This document shows positions 29,884 to 38,591 of a stretch of 56,707 nucleotides of DNA, one piece after another. Numbering within the stretch: position 1 is the stretch's first letter; every line of letters starts with the position of its first letter. A program made the position numbers and the translations under genes. Origin of the DNA: a virus (lineage: Duplodnaviria > Caudoviricetes); IMG/VR virus record IMGVR_UViG_3300044620_000273, positions 1 through 56,707 of that record; one strand, given 5' to 3'. The notes beneath the pieces were generated by a model that saw nothing but the letters and a program-made list of their open reading frames with translations, did not search any database and had not been told where the DNA came from.

Positions 29884-30025
29884 ATGCTGTTGATAGGCAT
29901 GAAGAGAACCAGAGGCTGATCTCGTGTAGATCGGCCTCGTCCTTCACCGCCATAAACGCTTTTGCCCACGCATCCGCGTCAACGCACATGTCCTGTTCTA
30001 GTTTCCGTCTGACCTCGTGTGTCAA
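29777..30025 (-). CDS. Hypothetical protein
   Basis: TTGA-coupled to the upstream gene, but overlaps the convergent gene by about 107 nt. Confidence 0.35.
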   Translation of the reverse strand: MTHEVRRKLEQDMCVDADAWAKAFMAVKDEADLHEISLWFSSCLSTAFICGQQKPHHASLQRSPHPRNNGTAGSPQPSLAGA

Positions 30026-30399
30026 CGCCCCTCTCCTTTGGCTTCGGCCAGCAGCGCGGCATAGGCTATGTTATCCTCGGCACTATCGGCGTGATACTCG
30101 CTGCGCGTGAACAGGCGAACAAGCTTGACCTGCTGCATGAACATCCAGCCTTCGCTCTCGGTCAGGTCGCGGCCTGTGATGGCATTGAAGGCCGTCACGA
30201 TCTTGCCCATCGACCGTTCGCCCTCTGGCTCGTCGTAGGTCGCAGATCGGTCGTGCATGTGCGCCGCAGCGCGGCCCAGCAGCTCGGCGGCCTTCGGCTC
30301 TGGCATCTTGGGTGTCGCATGCGACTGGAAGCAGTCCATCGTCTTCGTCAGCGTATCATACTCGACGTCGCAGAAACTGCATATAAAGCTCTTGCTCAT
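30022..30399 (-). CDS. DUF6378-like protein with N-terminal CxxC
   Basis: DRSATYD..GWMFMQQVKLVR..HADSAEDNIAYAAL. Confidence 0.65.
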   Translation of the reverse strand: MSKSFICSFCDVEYDTLTKTMDCFQSHATPKMPEPKAAELLGRAAAHMHDRSATYDEPEGERSMGKIVTAFNAITGRDLTESEGWMFMQQVKLVRLFTRSEYHADSAEDNIAYAALLAEAKGEGR

Positions 30400-31754
30400 T
30401 TCGTTCTCCGTTTCAGTGCTTCCAACAAAACCTCTTGTATCGTCTTCTTGGACGTGAGGCGGTGCATAACGAGACTATCGACCGTGTTGCGGGCGAGGAT
30501 AGGGTAGATGAAGACTGGGCGATCATAACCCGCCTGCTTCTGCCGCATCGGGCCGATGCGCTCAATGATCTGCATATGCTCTTCGAGGTTCCAGTTGACC
30601 CCATAGAAGGCCAATATATTGCCCCCATCGGCAAGGTTCAACCCGTGGCCTGCCGACGCAGGGTGCGCAAACAGGATCGGGATCTGCCCGGCGTTCCACT
30701 GCCTAATCGTGTCAGGGTCTGCGTCCAAGACCCGACCGTTACGAAAGCGATCCCGCAGCCGCGCCAAGTCATGCTTGAAATTATAGGCCACCAACACGGG
30801 CGCGCCGTTGGCTTCCTCGATGATGCTTTCCAGCGCATCCAGCTTGGCCGCGTGAACTGGCTCCCAGTTGCCCTCGTCATCTACGTACATCGCGCCGTTG
30901 GCGAGTTGCAAACACTTCTGCGTGCGCACTGCCGCGTTGACGGCCTCGACACCCTCCTCACCGATCTGCGCGAACATCTCGGTCTCCATGTCCGTGTACA
31001 TGTCCCGCGCGTCGGGCGGCAGGTCGATGTAGATCGGGTTGGTGATTGGCTCGTCGACTGGCAGGCCGCGCACGGTCAGGCAGATGTCCTTGAGCCGCTC
31101 CTCGACCTCGGCCTGCGTGTGATCGTAAGGCACGAGGCTGTAGCCGTCATAGCCCTTGCGGAACCAGCGCATGGCGAAGGCAGAGAAGCTCTGACCCAGA
31201 CGCTCGCCCTTGTCGAGGAACCAGATCTGGCCCCACAGATCCTTGACGCCGTTTGGCGCGGGCGTGCCTGTCAGGCCAATGAAGCGGTCGACGTGCGTGT
31301 GCGCCACCTCACCCAATGCCCGAGCGCGAGATCCGCCCTGCCGCAAGCGGAAGGACTTCAGGCGCGTGAACTCATCCGCGATCACAGTCTTGAAGGGCCA
31401 CGCGTCGCCCACCGCCTTCCGCAGCCAGACAAGGTTGTCATAGTTGGTCGTGTAGATGTCGGCGGGCGTATCAAGCGCCGCTTGACGCTGCTTAGGCGTG
31501 CCGGTGATGACGCTGACGCGCAGGTGCGACAGGTGCGGCCACTTCTGGACCTCGTCAGGCCACGTAGAGCGCGCAACGCGCAGCGGGGCCAGCACAAGGG
31601 CCGGATAGACGTCCTCGACCACGGAGAGGGCCTCCAGAGCCGTCAGGGTGGTTACGGTCTTCCCGCCGCCCATCGGCATCCACAGGGCTGCCCTGCGCTC
31701 CTTGTATAGGTGCGCGAGGGCCTCTTCCTGATAGTCGTGTGGTTTGAAGGTCAC
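30396..31754 (-). CDS. SNF2-family helicase
   Basis: PHDYQ, MPMGGGKT, ADEF, GLTGTP, AGHGLNL motifs. Confidence 0.9.
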   Translation of the reverse strand: MTFKPHDYQEEALAHLYKERRAALWMPMGGGKTVTTLTALEALSVVEDVYPALVLAPLRVARSTWPDEVQKWPHLSHLRVSVITGTPKQRQAALDTPADIYTTNYDNLVWLRKAVGDAWPFKTVIADEFTRLKSFRLRQGGSRARALGEVAHTHVDRFIGLTGTPAPNGVKDLWGQIWFLDKGERLGQSFSAFAMRWFRKGYDGYSLVPYDHTQAEVEERLKDICLTVRGLPVDEPITNPIYIDLPPDARDMYTDMETEMFAQIGEEGVEAVNAAVRTQKCLQLANGAMYVDDEGNWEPVHAAKLDALESIIEEANGAPVLVAYNFKHDLARLRDRFRNGRVLDADPDTIRQWNAGQIPILFAHPASAGHGLNLADGGNILAFYGVNWNLEEHMQIIERIGPMRQKQAGYDRPVFIYPILARNTVDSLVMHRLTSKKTIQEVLLEALKRRTK

Positions 31755-32443
31755 GCTGCTTCCTCGAACTTGGGCCGGGCGATTATGGTCTGCGGCACGC
31801 CGTCGCGCAAGTCATGCGCCTTGATGGTGGCCTTACCGCGAACCTTCTCGCCGCGCTCAAACGCGATGCTGCCCTTGTAGACGATGACGTTGTTGCCAGC
31901 GTCGCGGAAGATCGTGATGTAGACCGTGCCGAACTGGCTGTCGAAGCTGTGCGTGCGCTCGGCGGTCAGGTCGAAGTCGCGACGCTCGCCGACCGTGCCA
32001 ACGTGGTTGGTGTTGGCATCAGCGGCATTAGCTTCGGCGCGGGCAACCTCGCGACCGGCCAGCTTGTCCTTGGCTGCGGCAAAAGACTTAGCGACGGCGG
32101 CGTGCTGACCGTCGGTCAGACCGCCCCACTCATCGATGGCTTTGCGCATGCTGTCGAGGAAAGAACCGCGAGCGTAGAACGACAGGGGGTGGCTGACGAT
32201 CTTGCACCCGCAGACGCCGTACTTGTTGTCTTCATGCTCATACGTGCCGTCGGCATAGCGGCAGCAGCGCGAGCCGAGCTGCTCAACACCAATGAACTCA
32301 CCCTCGTTGAACAGCCAGTCGTGCAGGGTCTGCGCGTCTTCGTGCGCGGCCAGCCACTTGGCGCGGCCTGTCTTGGCGCGGTTCGCTTGGATGCGGCGGC
32401 GGATAGCGGCTTCGTAGCGGGCTTCGTTTTCGATGTACGTCAT
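31751..32443 (-). CDS. Early protein with C-terminal OB-fold-like domain
   Basis: GGAG RBS within the shared early leader; HVGTVGER..FG..IFRDAGNNVIVYK. Confidence 0.7.
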   Translation of the reverse strand: MTYIENEARYEAAIRRRIQANRAKTGRAKWLAAHEDAQTLHDWLFNEGEFIGVEQLGSRCCRYADGTYEHEDNKYGVCGCKIVSHPLSFYARGSFLDSMRKAIDEWGGLTDGQHAAVAKSFAAAKDKLAGREVARAEANAADANTNHVGTVGERRDFDLTAERTHSFDSQFGTVYITIFRDAGNNVIVYKGSIAFERGEKVRGKATIKAHDLRDGVPQTIIARPKFEEAA

Positions 32444-32451
32444 GTCGGTAA

Positions 32452-32500
32452 CTCCGTGTTGCTGATGCCCCCTAGTGGCATATGCAACGTCAGGTTGCAA
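32452..32500 (-). promoter_or_regulatory. Early promoter/operator/leader element, copy 1
   Basis: TTGCAAC-N5-GTTGCA palindrome then ATCAGCAACACGGAG. Confidence 0.7.
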
Positions 32501-32783
32501 CCCCCTTCTGCACTTTTTTCACTATTTCGTCGATTTCTTCTATCGACCGGGCGATGAACACCGGAAAACCGTCGTTTCTCATGCGCTCAATCTCGCGCTG
32601 CTGGTGCCCGCTAACGCGGTCCCCATCGGCTTTGATCTCGATGAAGGCCGCCTTGGGCCACGTCCACCAGACAAAGCAGTCTGGGCAGCCCCTGCGGCCC
32701 TCCCAGCGCACCTTGCGGTACTGACCGCCGCTCTTCTGCACGACGTGCTTGAGATGGTCCTGTAGGCGTCCTGCGGGCGTCAC
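32490..32783 (-). CDS. VRR-NUC domain nuclease
   Basis: GRRGCPD..FIEIK..SGHQ; GTG start next to the polymerase stop. Confidence 0.85.
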   Translation of the reverse strand: MTPAGRLQDHLKHVVQKSGGQYRKVRWEGRRGCPDCFVWWTWPKAAFIEIKADGDRVSGHQQREIERMRNDGFPVFIARSIEEIDEIVKKVQKGVAT

Positions 32784-32784
32784 G

Positions 32785-34749
32785 TCAGTCCTTCCTGTAC
32801 CGCTTGGTCTCAAAGCCCGCAGCGGCCAAAGGCAGGCCGCCAGACCAACTCGGGTTGGTGGACATGAGCTCGGCCAGACCGTCGCTGGTGTAGGTTGGGT
32901 TGTCCGGCGTCTCGCAGACCAACTCGTCGTGGACGCGGATGCAGACGTCGAAGCCGTCGACCTCGGCGCGCAGCATGCCGGACATGAAGACGTCGCGGGC
33001 GATTGCCTGCACTGCGTTCTCCGTCAGCTTGCCGCCATAGGTGTCGAGGCGCTCCCACTTGCGGGTGTACTGGTTCATGCCCTCATGCGTGATTTTGCCG
33101 CTCTCCGACACCTCTGGGCTCGGATAGCACAAGTACCGACCGCTCGGCAGCCGCATGCGCAGCCATGCGATGCCCTGCGTGTCCGCCTTGACGTCGAACG
33201 TGATCAGATCGCGCACGCCAAAGCTTTCGCCCAGATTGTTGATCGCCTCACGCGCGGCGGCCTCCATGTCGTACCACAGGCTGCGCGTGCGCGGGTGCGC
33301 CTTGCGCCATGCCGTGACGATCTCCTGTATGGCCTCGTCGCTCATCGCGTCAAAGACTGCGCCGCCCATCTTCCGATAGGCCCCGACGCCGCCCTGATAG
33401 CCCCCAGCGAGCTCAGGCACCTTGCCCTGAAGCTGCCGCTCGGTCTTTGTGATGTCGCCCGGATCTTTGCCGAGGATGCGTCCAGCGGTCACCTTATACA
33501 AATCGTGCCCGTCGCCGCTGTCATAGGCTTTGAAGGCTTTGATCTTCCAATCCTCGCCCGCCAGCCACGCCAGCACGCGCCCTTCGATGTTCGACAAGTC
33601 GGCGATGACCAGCTTCTTGCCCGGAGACGCGATCAACGCGCCGCGCACGCCGAAGGCGCACCGCTCGCTGATGTTGTCCCAGATGAGATCTTCGCAGTCT
33701 GCCTTAAACGCCGCGACCGTCGTCTCTTGCACGACGTCGTCAAACCAGTCAGGCGAGCGGGGCAGGTTTTGCGGCTGGAACAGACGGCCCGCATCGCGCC
33801 CTGTGCGCGCCGCGCCGCAGAACTGGATCAGGCCGCGCAGGCGACCGTCGCGTGACGTGCCGTTGAGCAGCACAGTGTATTTGGCCGGTGAAGTCGCGGC
33901 GGCCTGCTGGCGGATCTCCAACAACTCGCGCACCTGCGGATCGAGATCCCCGTCGAGCAAGTTGCTGAGGGTGCCACCCGTCAGATCTTCAGGCTCGAAG
34001 TTGAGCTTGTCCTTGAAATGGTCGAGCAGCCGCTGCCGCTGCGTGGCCGAGGTGACGTTGCCGCCAGTCAGATGGGTTGCACGAGCGGCCAGAGCTCTTG
34101 AAGTTCGGTCAAAAGCTCGGAGAGCGGATCGGGCGAAGTCGAGGTCAACGGCGATGCCACGGTCATTAATTCTTTGGTCTGTGAGCCATAGGTTGCGCTC
34201 ATAGCTAGTATCGTTCCAATGCGGCAGGCGTCCATGTACGTCGCGCATCGCGTCCACATCAAGTCGGGCGTATTCGATGAAGGCTGTCCACTCATTGGGG
34301 TGCGTCTCCCGTGTTGCTCGCCGCAATTTCCAGTTCTTGGGACACGGCTTGGTGAATAGATGTATAAGCTTTTTACCTGCTTTGTCTTTAGCTTTGTCAG
34401 TCGGCACGTTCAGGACGTCGCAGAGCTGGCCCAGAGAACCCGGCAGGCTGTGCTGTAGAGCCAGCACCATCGTGTCGATGATCTTCTCTACAGGGATATG
34501 CACGCCCTGTTCGCGCAGCACGGTGCGGTCGAAGTTGCTGTTGTGAATGACGACGCTGTCGGCGCTGTCGATCAGCTCCTGTAACACCTCACGCCAGTTC
34601 GGCATGTCCTGCGTGTCCCAGACGTCCACAGGCGCGTTGTCGGCGGCCAGCGCGACGAGCATCACCTCTGCCTCTTCGGCATAGCGGTACGCCCCGTGCC
34701 GGATGTTGACGGCGCAGAAGGTTTCCAAATCGAGGTATAGGATGGTCAT
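32785..34749 (-). CDS. DNA polymerase family A (APSE-type) with 3'-5' exonuclease
   Basis: YLDLET, HNSNFDR, ADLSNIEGR, RQLQGKVPELAGGY, VHDELV. Confidence 0.92.
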   Translation of the reverse strand: MTILYLDLETFCAVNIRHGAYRYAEEAEVMLVALAADNAPVDVWDTQDMPNWREVLQELIDSADSVVIHNSNFDRTVLREQGVHIPVEKIIDTMVLALQHSLPGSLGQLCDVLNVPTDKAKDKAGKKLIHLFTKPCPKNWKLRRATRETHPNEWTAFIEYARLDVDAMRDVHGRLPHWNDTSYERNLWLTDQRINDRGIAVDLDFARSALRAFDRTSRALAARATHLTGGNVTSATQRQRLLDHFKDKLNFEPEDLTGGTLSNLLDGDLDPQVRELLEIRQQAAATSPAKYTVLLNGTSRDGRLRGLIQFCGAARTGRDAGRLFQPQNLPRSPDWFDDVVQETTVAAFKADCEDLIWDNISERCAFGVRGALIASPGKKLVIADLSNIEGRVLAWLAGEDWKIKAFKAYDSGDGHDLYKVTAGRILGKDPGDITKTERQLQGKVPELAGGYQGGVGAYRKMGGAVFDAMSDEAIQEIVTAWRKAHPRTRSLWYDMEAAAREAINNLGESFGVRDLITFDVKADTQGIAWLRMRLPSGRYLCYPSPEVSESGKITHEGMNQYTRKWERLDTYGGKLTENAVQAIARDVFMSGMLRAEVDGFDVCIRVHDELVCETPDNPTYTSDGLAELMSTNPSWSGGLPLAAAGFETKRYRKD

Positions 34750-35039
34750 CGTTTGCCGTGCAGGATCTCGCTGATGCGACCGATGTTAATGTTGTGCGCC
34801 TCGGCAATATCTTGGTGTGTCATATCGGGGTTGTTGCCCGCCATGTGGCGCACCGACGCGCGGACGTCTGCCGTGATGCGTTTGCTCTTCACCGGCGCGC
34901 GGCTGTAGGTCCGACGGTATGTCTCCTGCATCAACGCGTTGATGCGCAAGTTTATCTCATACTGCCGACGGGACAGCTTTACGCCCTCATCGGTCAGCTC
35001 AGAAATCAAATCGCGGATTTGTGGTATGGTAAGTTTCAT
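34746..35039 (-). CDS. HTH DNA-binding protein
   Basis: MTHQDIAEAHNINIGRISEIL; AAGGAG RBS; ATGA-coupled to the polymerase. Confidence 0.75.
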   Translation of the reverse strand: MKLTIPQIRDLISELTDEGVKLSRRQYEINLRINALMQETYRRTYSRAPVKSKRITADVRASVRHMAGNNPDMTHQDIAEAHNINIGRISEILHGKR

Positions 35040-35170
35040 GCTGATAACTCCTTCTTTCAGGTGAGCCGCGCGCTTCGGTTATCAGCAACGCAGGAGCAAC
35101 CCGCACCCGCGCGCGGCTCGCCAGAAAGAAGGTACGCCCGCCGACGATACATGAGGAGAGCGGGCGTACC
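35039..35170 (-). ncRNA. Structured intergenic RNA element (two hairpins; loop antisense to the shared early leader)
   Basis: 22/24-bp inverted repeat 35050-35073/35109-35132; perfect 11-bp stem 35131-35141/35160-35170; alternative 10-bp pairing 35039-35048/35078-35087. Confidence 0.6.
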
Positions 35171-35182
35171 ATGACTATAGAC

Positions 35183-35437
35183 CTAAAGTAGGTCTAAGCC
35201 AATAGCCGAGGCATAGGTATCGAGTATCGCGAAATGTTCGTCCCTATCTTCCTTCGACATCTTGCGGATGCGCACGATCTCACGGAGGATTTTCGGCACA
35301 TATCCACGGGCCTTAGCCTCAGTGTACACGTCCCTGATGTCTTCCGCGATGCCCTTCTTCTCCTCTTCGAGACGCTCGATGCGCTCGATTAAAAGACGGA
35401 GCGGATCGCCCGCACTATTGTGTCCTACCTCGCTCAC
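35183..35437 (-). CDS. gapR: GapR-like (DUF2312/UPF0335) nucleoid-associated protein
   Basis: LRLLIERIERLEEEKKGIAEDIRDVYTEAKARGY..ILREIVRIRK. Confidence 0.88.
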   Translation of the reverse strand: MSEVGHNSAGDPLRLLIERIERLEEEKKGIAEDIRDVYTEAKARGYVPKILREIVRIRKMSKEDRDEHFAILDTYASAIGLDLL

Positions 35438-36018
35438 AGGATGTCGTCCGCGTCGGCCTTAGCCTTCGCCAGACCAGCGAACTCGTCCGCCGATGCTGGA
35501 GCGGAACCGCCACCGAAGTTCTCACCTTCGCCGGTCAGCATGACGCCGCGCAGCGAGCAGTTGATGCGACGGCCCCACTTGTTGTCCTGCGCCCAGATCT
35601 CGACCGAAGCGTTGACCAGCGCGCCGCTGAACGCCTTGGCTTCAATCTCGCTCTTGCCGCTCAGCTCTTCACCGTACTGATTGAACACGGTGGGCTGGGT
35701 CTTGGCGTTGCGGGCAGACAGATAGTGCATGCCGTCAAAGCCCTGATAGGCTTCGCCTGTCTTCTTCGAGCGGTAAACCTTCTTGGTGAAGGCAACCTTG
35801 CCATCTTCTTCAAGCATCGACAAAACGCTGTCGGCCTTGTCCTTCCAAGCTTCCTTAGCTTCGGCCAGCATAGCAGCCTCGATGGCCTTCTGCTGTTCGC
35901 TATTTGGCTTGATTGGGAACTTGGCACCATAGGCAGGTTCGCCTTCGCCAAATGCCTGCGGTTCGGCCAGAGCCGGAAACGCCAGTGTGATGCCTTTGAG
36001 CATAATACGTGTAGCCAT
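35434..36018 (-). CDS. ssDNA-binding protein (DUF2815 / Enc34-like)
   Basis: LAFPAL, SARNAKTQP, SGALVNASVEIWAQDNKWGRRINCSLRGV, acidic tail. Confidence 0.85.
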   Translation of the reverse strand: MATRIMLKGITLAFPALAEPQAFGEGEPAYGAKFPIKPNSEQQKAIEAAMLAEAKEAWKDKADSVLSMLEEDGKVAFTKKVYRSKKTGEAYQGFDGMHYLSARNAKTQPTVFNQYGEELSGKSEIEAKAFSGALVNASVEIWAQDNKWGRRINCSLRGVMLTGEGENFGGGSAPASADEFAGLAKAKADADDIL

Positions 36019-36036
36019 TATCAATTATCCACTTCT

Positions 36037-37275
36037 TCAGTTTGCAGTTTTAATAAGATCGCTGAAATCATCAGCGACCGATTGAACGGTCAATTCTGAC
36101 CGCTTATCCGAGGCAAATGCCACAGATGGCTTACCGTCGCTGCGGGAGGTCAGGGCTTCGACCTTCTCCCACCGCTTGGGGTTACTCTTGAACATCTTCT
36201 CCGCCTTTGTCGGGGAAATCAAGCTCATATCATATATTTCGTCCTGCCGCAGGCGGAAAGACTTGAACAGGGCCTCGACCTCAGCCTCATCCTTCCATTT
36301 GCGGTTGCCCTTGCGGCCTTCGACCAGCTTGAAGCCGTCGATCTTTTGTCCCGCCAACAGCCGACGCTCGACCTCGGCGCGGACGGCTTTGCACCAATCC
36401 TCGACCAGACCGACCTTCGCCATGGCGATGGACAGATAGTTGTCGCCTGTCTGCATGTCTGGCACCTCCGGCAGGAAGGCCTCGAACTCATCCAGCGTGG
36501 CCGCAGCCGATCCGCCGACGACCTCGGTCATCTCCGCACGCAGGGCTGGGCACGTCGCCTTGGCCTTGCAGAAGCGGCACTGCTTCTCACCGGGGGTGAA
36601 GAAACCCTTGACCAGATCGTCGGTGGGATCTGACATGTCGAGGCTCTGGCCCAGTTGAACGTGCCCTGCGGCTTCGCGCACCTGATCGGCAAACTTGAGC
36701 AAATCCTCTGTCGTCATGTGGCACTCGCCGACATAGTTGAGGCGGGGCATGTGGATGTACATGCTGACCGTGTCGAAGTCGCATAGGACGCCGTACATCT
36801 CCAATGCGCCCAGCGCATACATCATGAGCTGCGGATTGTTTGTCGCGTCCACGGCAACGCCCACGCCGTACTTCAGGTCGACAATGGACAGGTTGCGGCC
36901 CGCCACGTCCACGATGACCACGTCGCTGGTGCCTGTGGCTCCCTCTTCGCCTGTCAGGTGGCCGATTGGCACCTTGCTCTCGACATACAGGGTCTTGCCC
37001 TGCGACAGCTCGCGGACGAGCTTCATGTAGTCGAGAACGTGATCGATCATATCCTGCCCGACGGTAAAGTCGAAGCCGTCGACGGTGTGCTTGGTGCCGA
37101 GGTACACGGGCGTGTACGTGTCGTTGAGCAAACTCTCCGACGCAATCTCGTGCGCCAGCGTACCCTCAGCGGCGTAGATGCTGCTGTCGTCTGGATAGGC
37201 CGCCTCAAGGACGACGCTGCCCGGACAGGCCATCCAGCGGTGCGCGCCGGACGGACTAAGCTTTGCGTGTGCCAT
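36037..37275 (-). CDS. DUF2800 Cas4-like PD-(D/E)XK exonuclease
   Basis: HAKLSPSGAHRWMACPGS, GTSD, IVDLKYG, NPQLMMYALG, QCRFCKAKATC. Confidence 0.88.
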   Translation of the reverse strand: MAHAKLSPSGAHRWMACPGSVVLEAAYPDDSSIYAAEGTLAHEIASESLLNDTYTPVYLGTKHTVDGFDFTVGQDMIDHVLDYMKLVRELSQGKTLYVESKVPIGHLTGEEGATGTSDVVIVDVAGRNLSIVDLKYGVGVAVDATNNPQLMMYALGALEMYGVLCDFDTVSMYIHMPRLNYVGECHMTTEDLLKFADQVREAAGHVQLGQSLDMSDPTDDLVKGFFTPGEKQCRFCKAKATCPALRAEMTEVVGGSAAATLDEFEAFLPEVPDMQTGDNYLSIAMAKVGLVEDWCKAVRAEVERRLLAGQKIDGFKLVEGRKGNRKWKDEAEVEALFKSFRLRQDEIYDMSLISPTKAEKMFKSNPKRWEKVEALTSRSDGKPSVAFASDKRSELTVQSVADDFSDLIKTAN

Positions 37276-37721
37276 TAGGCGATCTCTGCTTCGAGGCGAG
37301 CGATCAGCTCAGGCCACAAACCGTCGTCCAGATCCGAGGCGCGGACGCCGCCGAACTCAGACAGGACGTCCTGCACAAATGGCTTACCCTTTGCGGCCAC
37401 CGCACGCAGCACCACCGGCGCAACGTCCAACTCAAAGTTGAGCGGCTCGGAGGCCGATGCCGCAGGAGCAGGGGTAGAAGAGGGTTCCGTCGTCGTTGGC
37501 TGGCTCTCGGAGCCAGCCGCAGCCTCGGCACTCTTGGGGGCCGGAGTAGGGTCCACGGGTGCGGCTTCGGCTACCCCCATAACTTCTTCGATTGTCTGAG
37601 CACCTGTGCCCCCGTTGGCGATGGGTAGAACAGCCGTGGTGGCCCGCAAGCTGGCACCGATAGCCAACAACTTGTCAGCCACTTCGGGGATGCTGTTGCC
37701 TGTTACTTCGATCTTAATCAT
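37275..37721 (-). CDS. Hypothetical protein
   Basis: Pro/Ala linker plus small helical C-terminal domain; coupled to DUF2800. Confidence 0.7.
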   Translation of the reverse strand: MIKIEVTGNSIPEVADKLLAIGASLRATTAVLPIANGGTGAQTIEEVMGVAEAAPVDPTPAPKSAEAAAGSESQPTTTEPSSTPAPAASASEPLNFELDVAPVVLRAVAAKGKPFVQDVLSEFGGVRASDLDDGLWPELIARLEAEIA

Positions 37722-37724
37722 CTA

Positions 37725-38009
37725 TCAGTTTCCTTTTTTCAGTTCTTCAATAGTTTCGTCACGCTGGCTAATCATCAGTTCGAGTTTGTTGATTTCCATT
37801 TCCAGTTCATAGACCTTGTCTTCGAGGTGGCTCACCTCGCGGTTTGCGTCGGCGGTGCGCTCGTTCGCTTCATACAAATCCGTTTCGGCTTCGAGCATTA
37901 TGTCATCCAAACGCTCGGCCAGCACAACGGCCAGCTCCGAGTTCGGGTTGTACTTCGCCTCCTCGAGCAGTTGCTGATCCTCTTCGGTGCGGTAATATGT
38001 GCGGTCCAT
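37725..38009 (-). CDS. Coiled-coil hypothetical protein
   Basis: GAGGGG RBS before ATG; acidic heptad repeats. Confidence 0.7.
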   Translation of the reverse strand: MDRTYYRTEEDQQLLEEAKYNPNSELAVVLAERLDDIMLEAETDLYEANERTADANREVSHLEDKVYELEMEINKLELMISQRDETIEELKKGN

Positions 38010-38020
38010 TTCAATCCCCC

Positions 38021-38197
38021 TCAAAAGTTCCACGGCTGCGCGCCGTACTGTTTGGCGAGCTGACGCGCTTCACGCTTGCCGCTCACGTTGAAGCCGATCA
38101 GGTGCGTGCGGTGCCCGCCCACGATCCGCGTAAGGTACACTGTCGCGGGGACGTTGCGCCCCCGTGACGTGAACTCTGCTGCAAGGATGCCCAGCAT
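38021..38197 (-). CDS. Hypothetical protein (58 aa)
   Basis: ATG 4 nt after the upstream stop; VSGKREARQLAKQYGAQPWNF. Confidence 0.55.
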   Translation of the reverse strand: MLGILAAEFTSRGRNVPATVYLTRIVGGHRTHLIGFNVSGKREARQLAKQYGAQPWNF

Positions 38198-38201
38198 GCG
38201 C

Positions 38202-38513
38202 TTAGGCCTTGCGCGCCACGACCTTGACGGTCGTGTAGCCCTTGGTGGTCTTCTGGTTCTTGCTGAACCAGCGACCGTCGACGCCCAGCTCACGAAGCTT
38301 GGCTTCGGCTGCCTTGGGGCAGAGCGACTGGCGCTCGGCGATCTCGGACACGGTGGCGCGGAAGGTGTCGCCCTCGTGGGCACCTGCGCCAAGATCCTTG
38401 ATTTCGTCGGTCAGAAAAGCTTCGATTTCCTTCAAGCGGGCGATCTCGGCCTTGATGTCGCCCAGACGGTCGACTGGGGAAATGTTGGAAATGGTTGCGG
38501 CTACAGTTGCCAT
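38202..38513 (-). CDS. Hypothetical early protein
   Basis: Shared leader with GGAG RBS; VDRLGDIKAEIARL. Confidence 0.75.
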   Translation of the reverse strand: MATVAATISNISPVDRLGDIKAEIARLKEIEAFLTDEIKDLGAGAHEGDTFRATVSEIAERQSLCPKAAEAKLRELGVDGRWFSKNQKTTKGYTTVKVVARKA

Positions 38514-38521
38514 GATGCGTA

Positions 38522-38576
38522 CTCCTATTTGCGTTGCTGATAAACATCATATAGTCGCTGCAATTAGGCATTGCAA
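38522..38576 (-). promoter_or_regulatory. Early promoter/operator/leader element, copy 2
   Basis: TTGCAA-N17-TATATG with TGCAAT-N5-ATTGCA palindrome, then TTATCAGCAACGCAAATAGGAG. Confidence 0.75.
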
Positions 38577-38591
38577 CCCCCCTAAGCAAAA

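Noticed and set aside
35171-35191. + strand mini-ORF MTIDLK after GAGGAG
   Set aside because: Only 6 codons, long RBS spacing, antisense to the operon; no further support
36037-37275. Cas4-like nuclease suggesting a CRISPR system
   Set aside because: Standard DUF2800 replication-module gene; no repeat-spacer array or other cas genes seen
37969-37979. Extra GTTGCTGAT match to the early leader
   Set aside because: Inside a coding region (DQQL), with no GGAG or start codon following; probably chance
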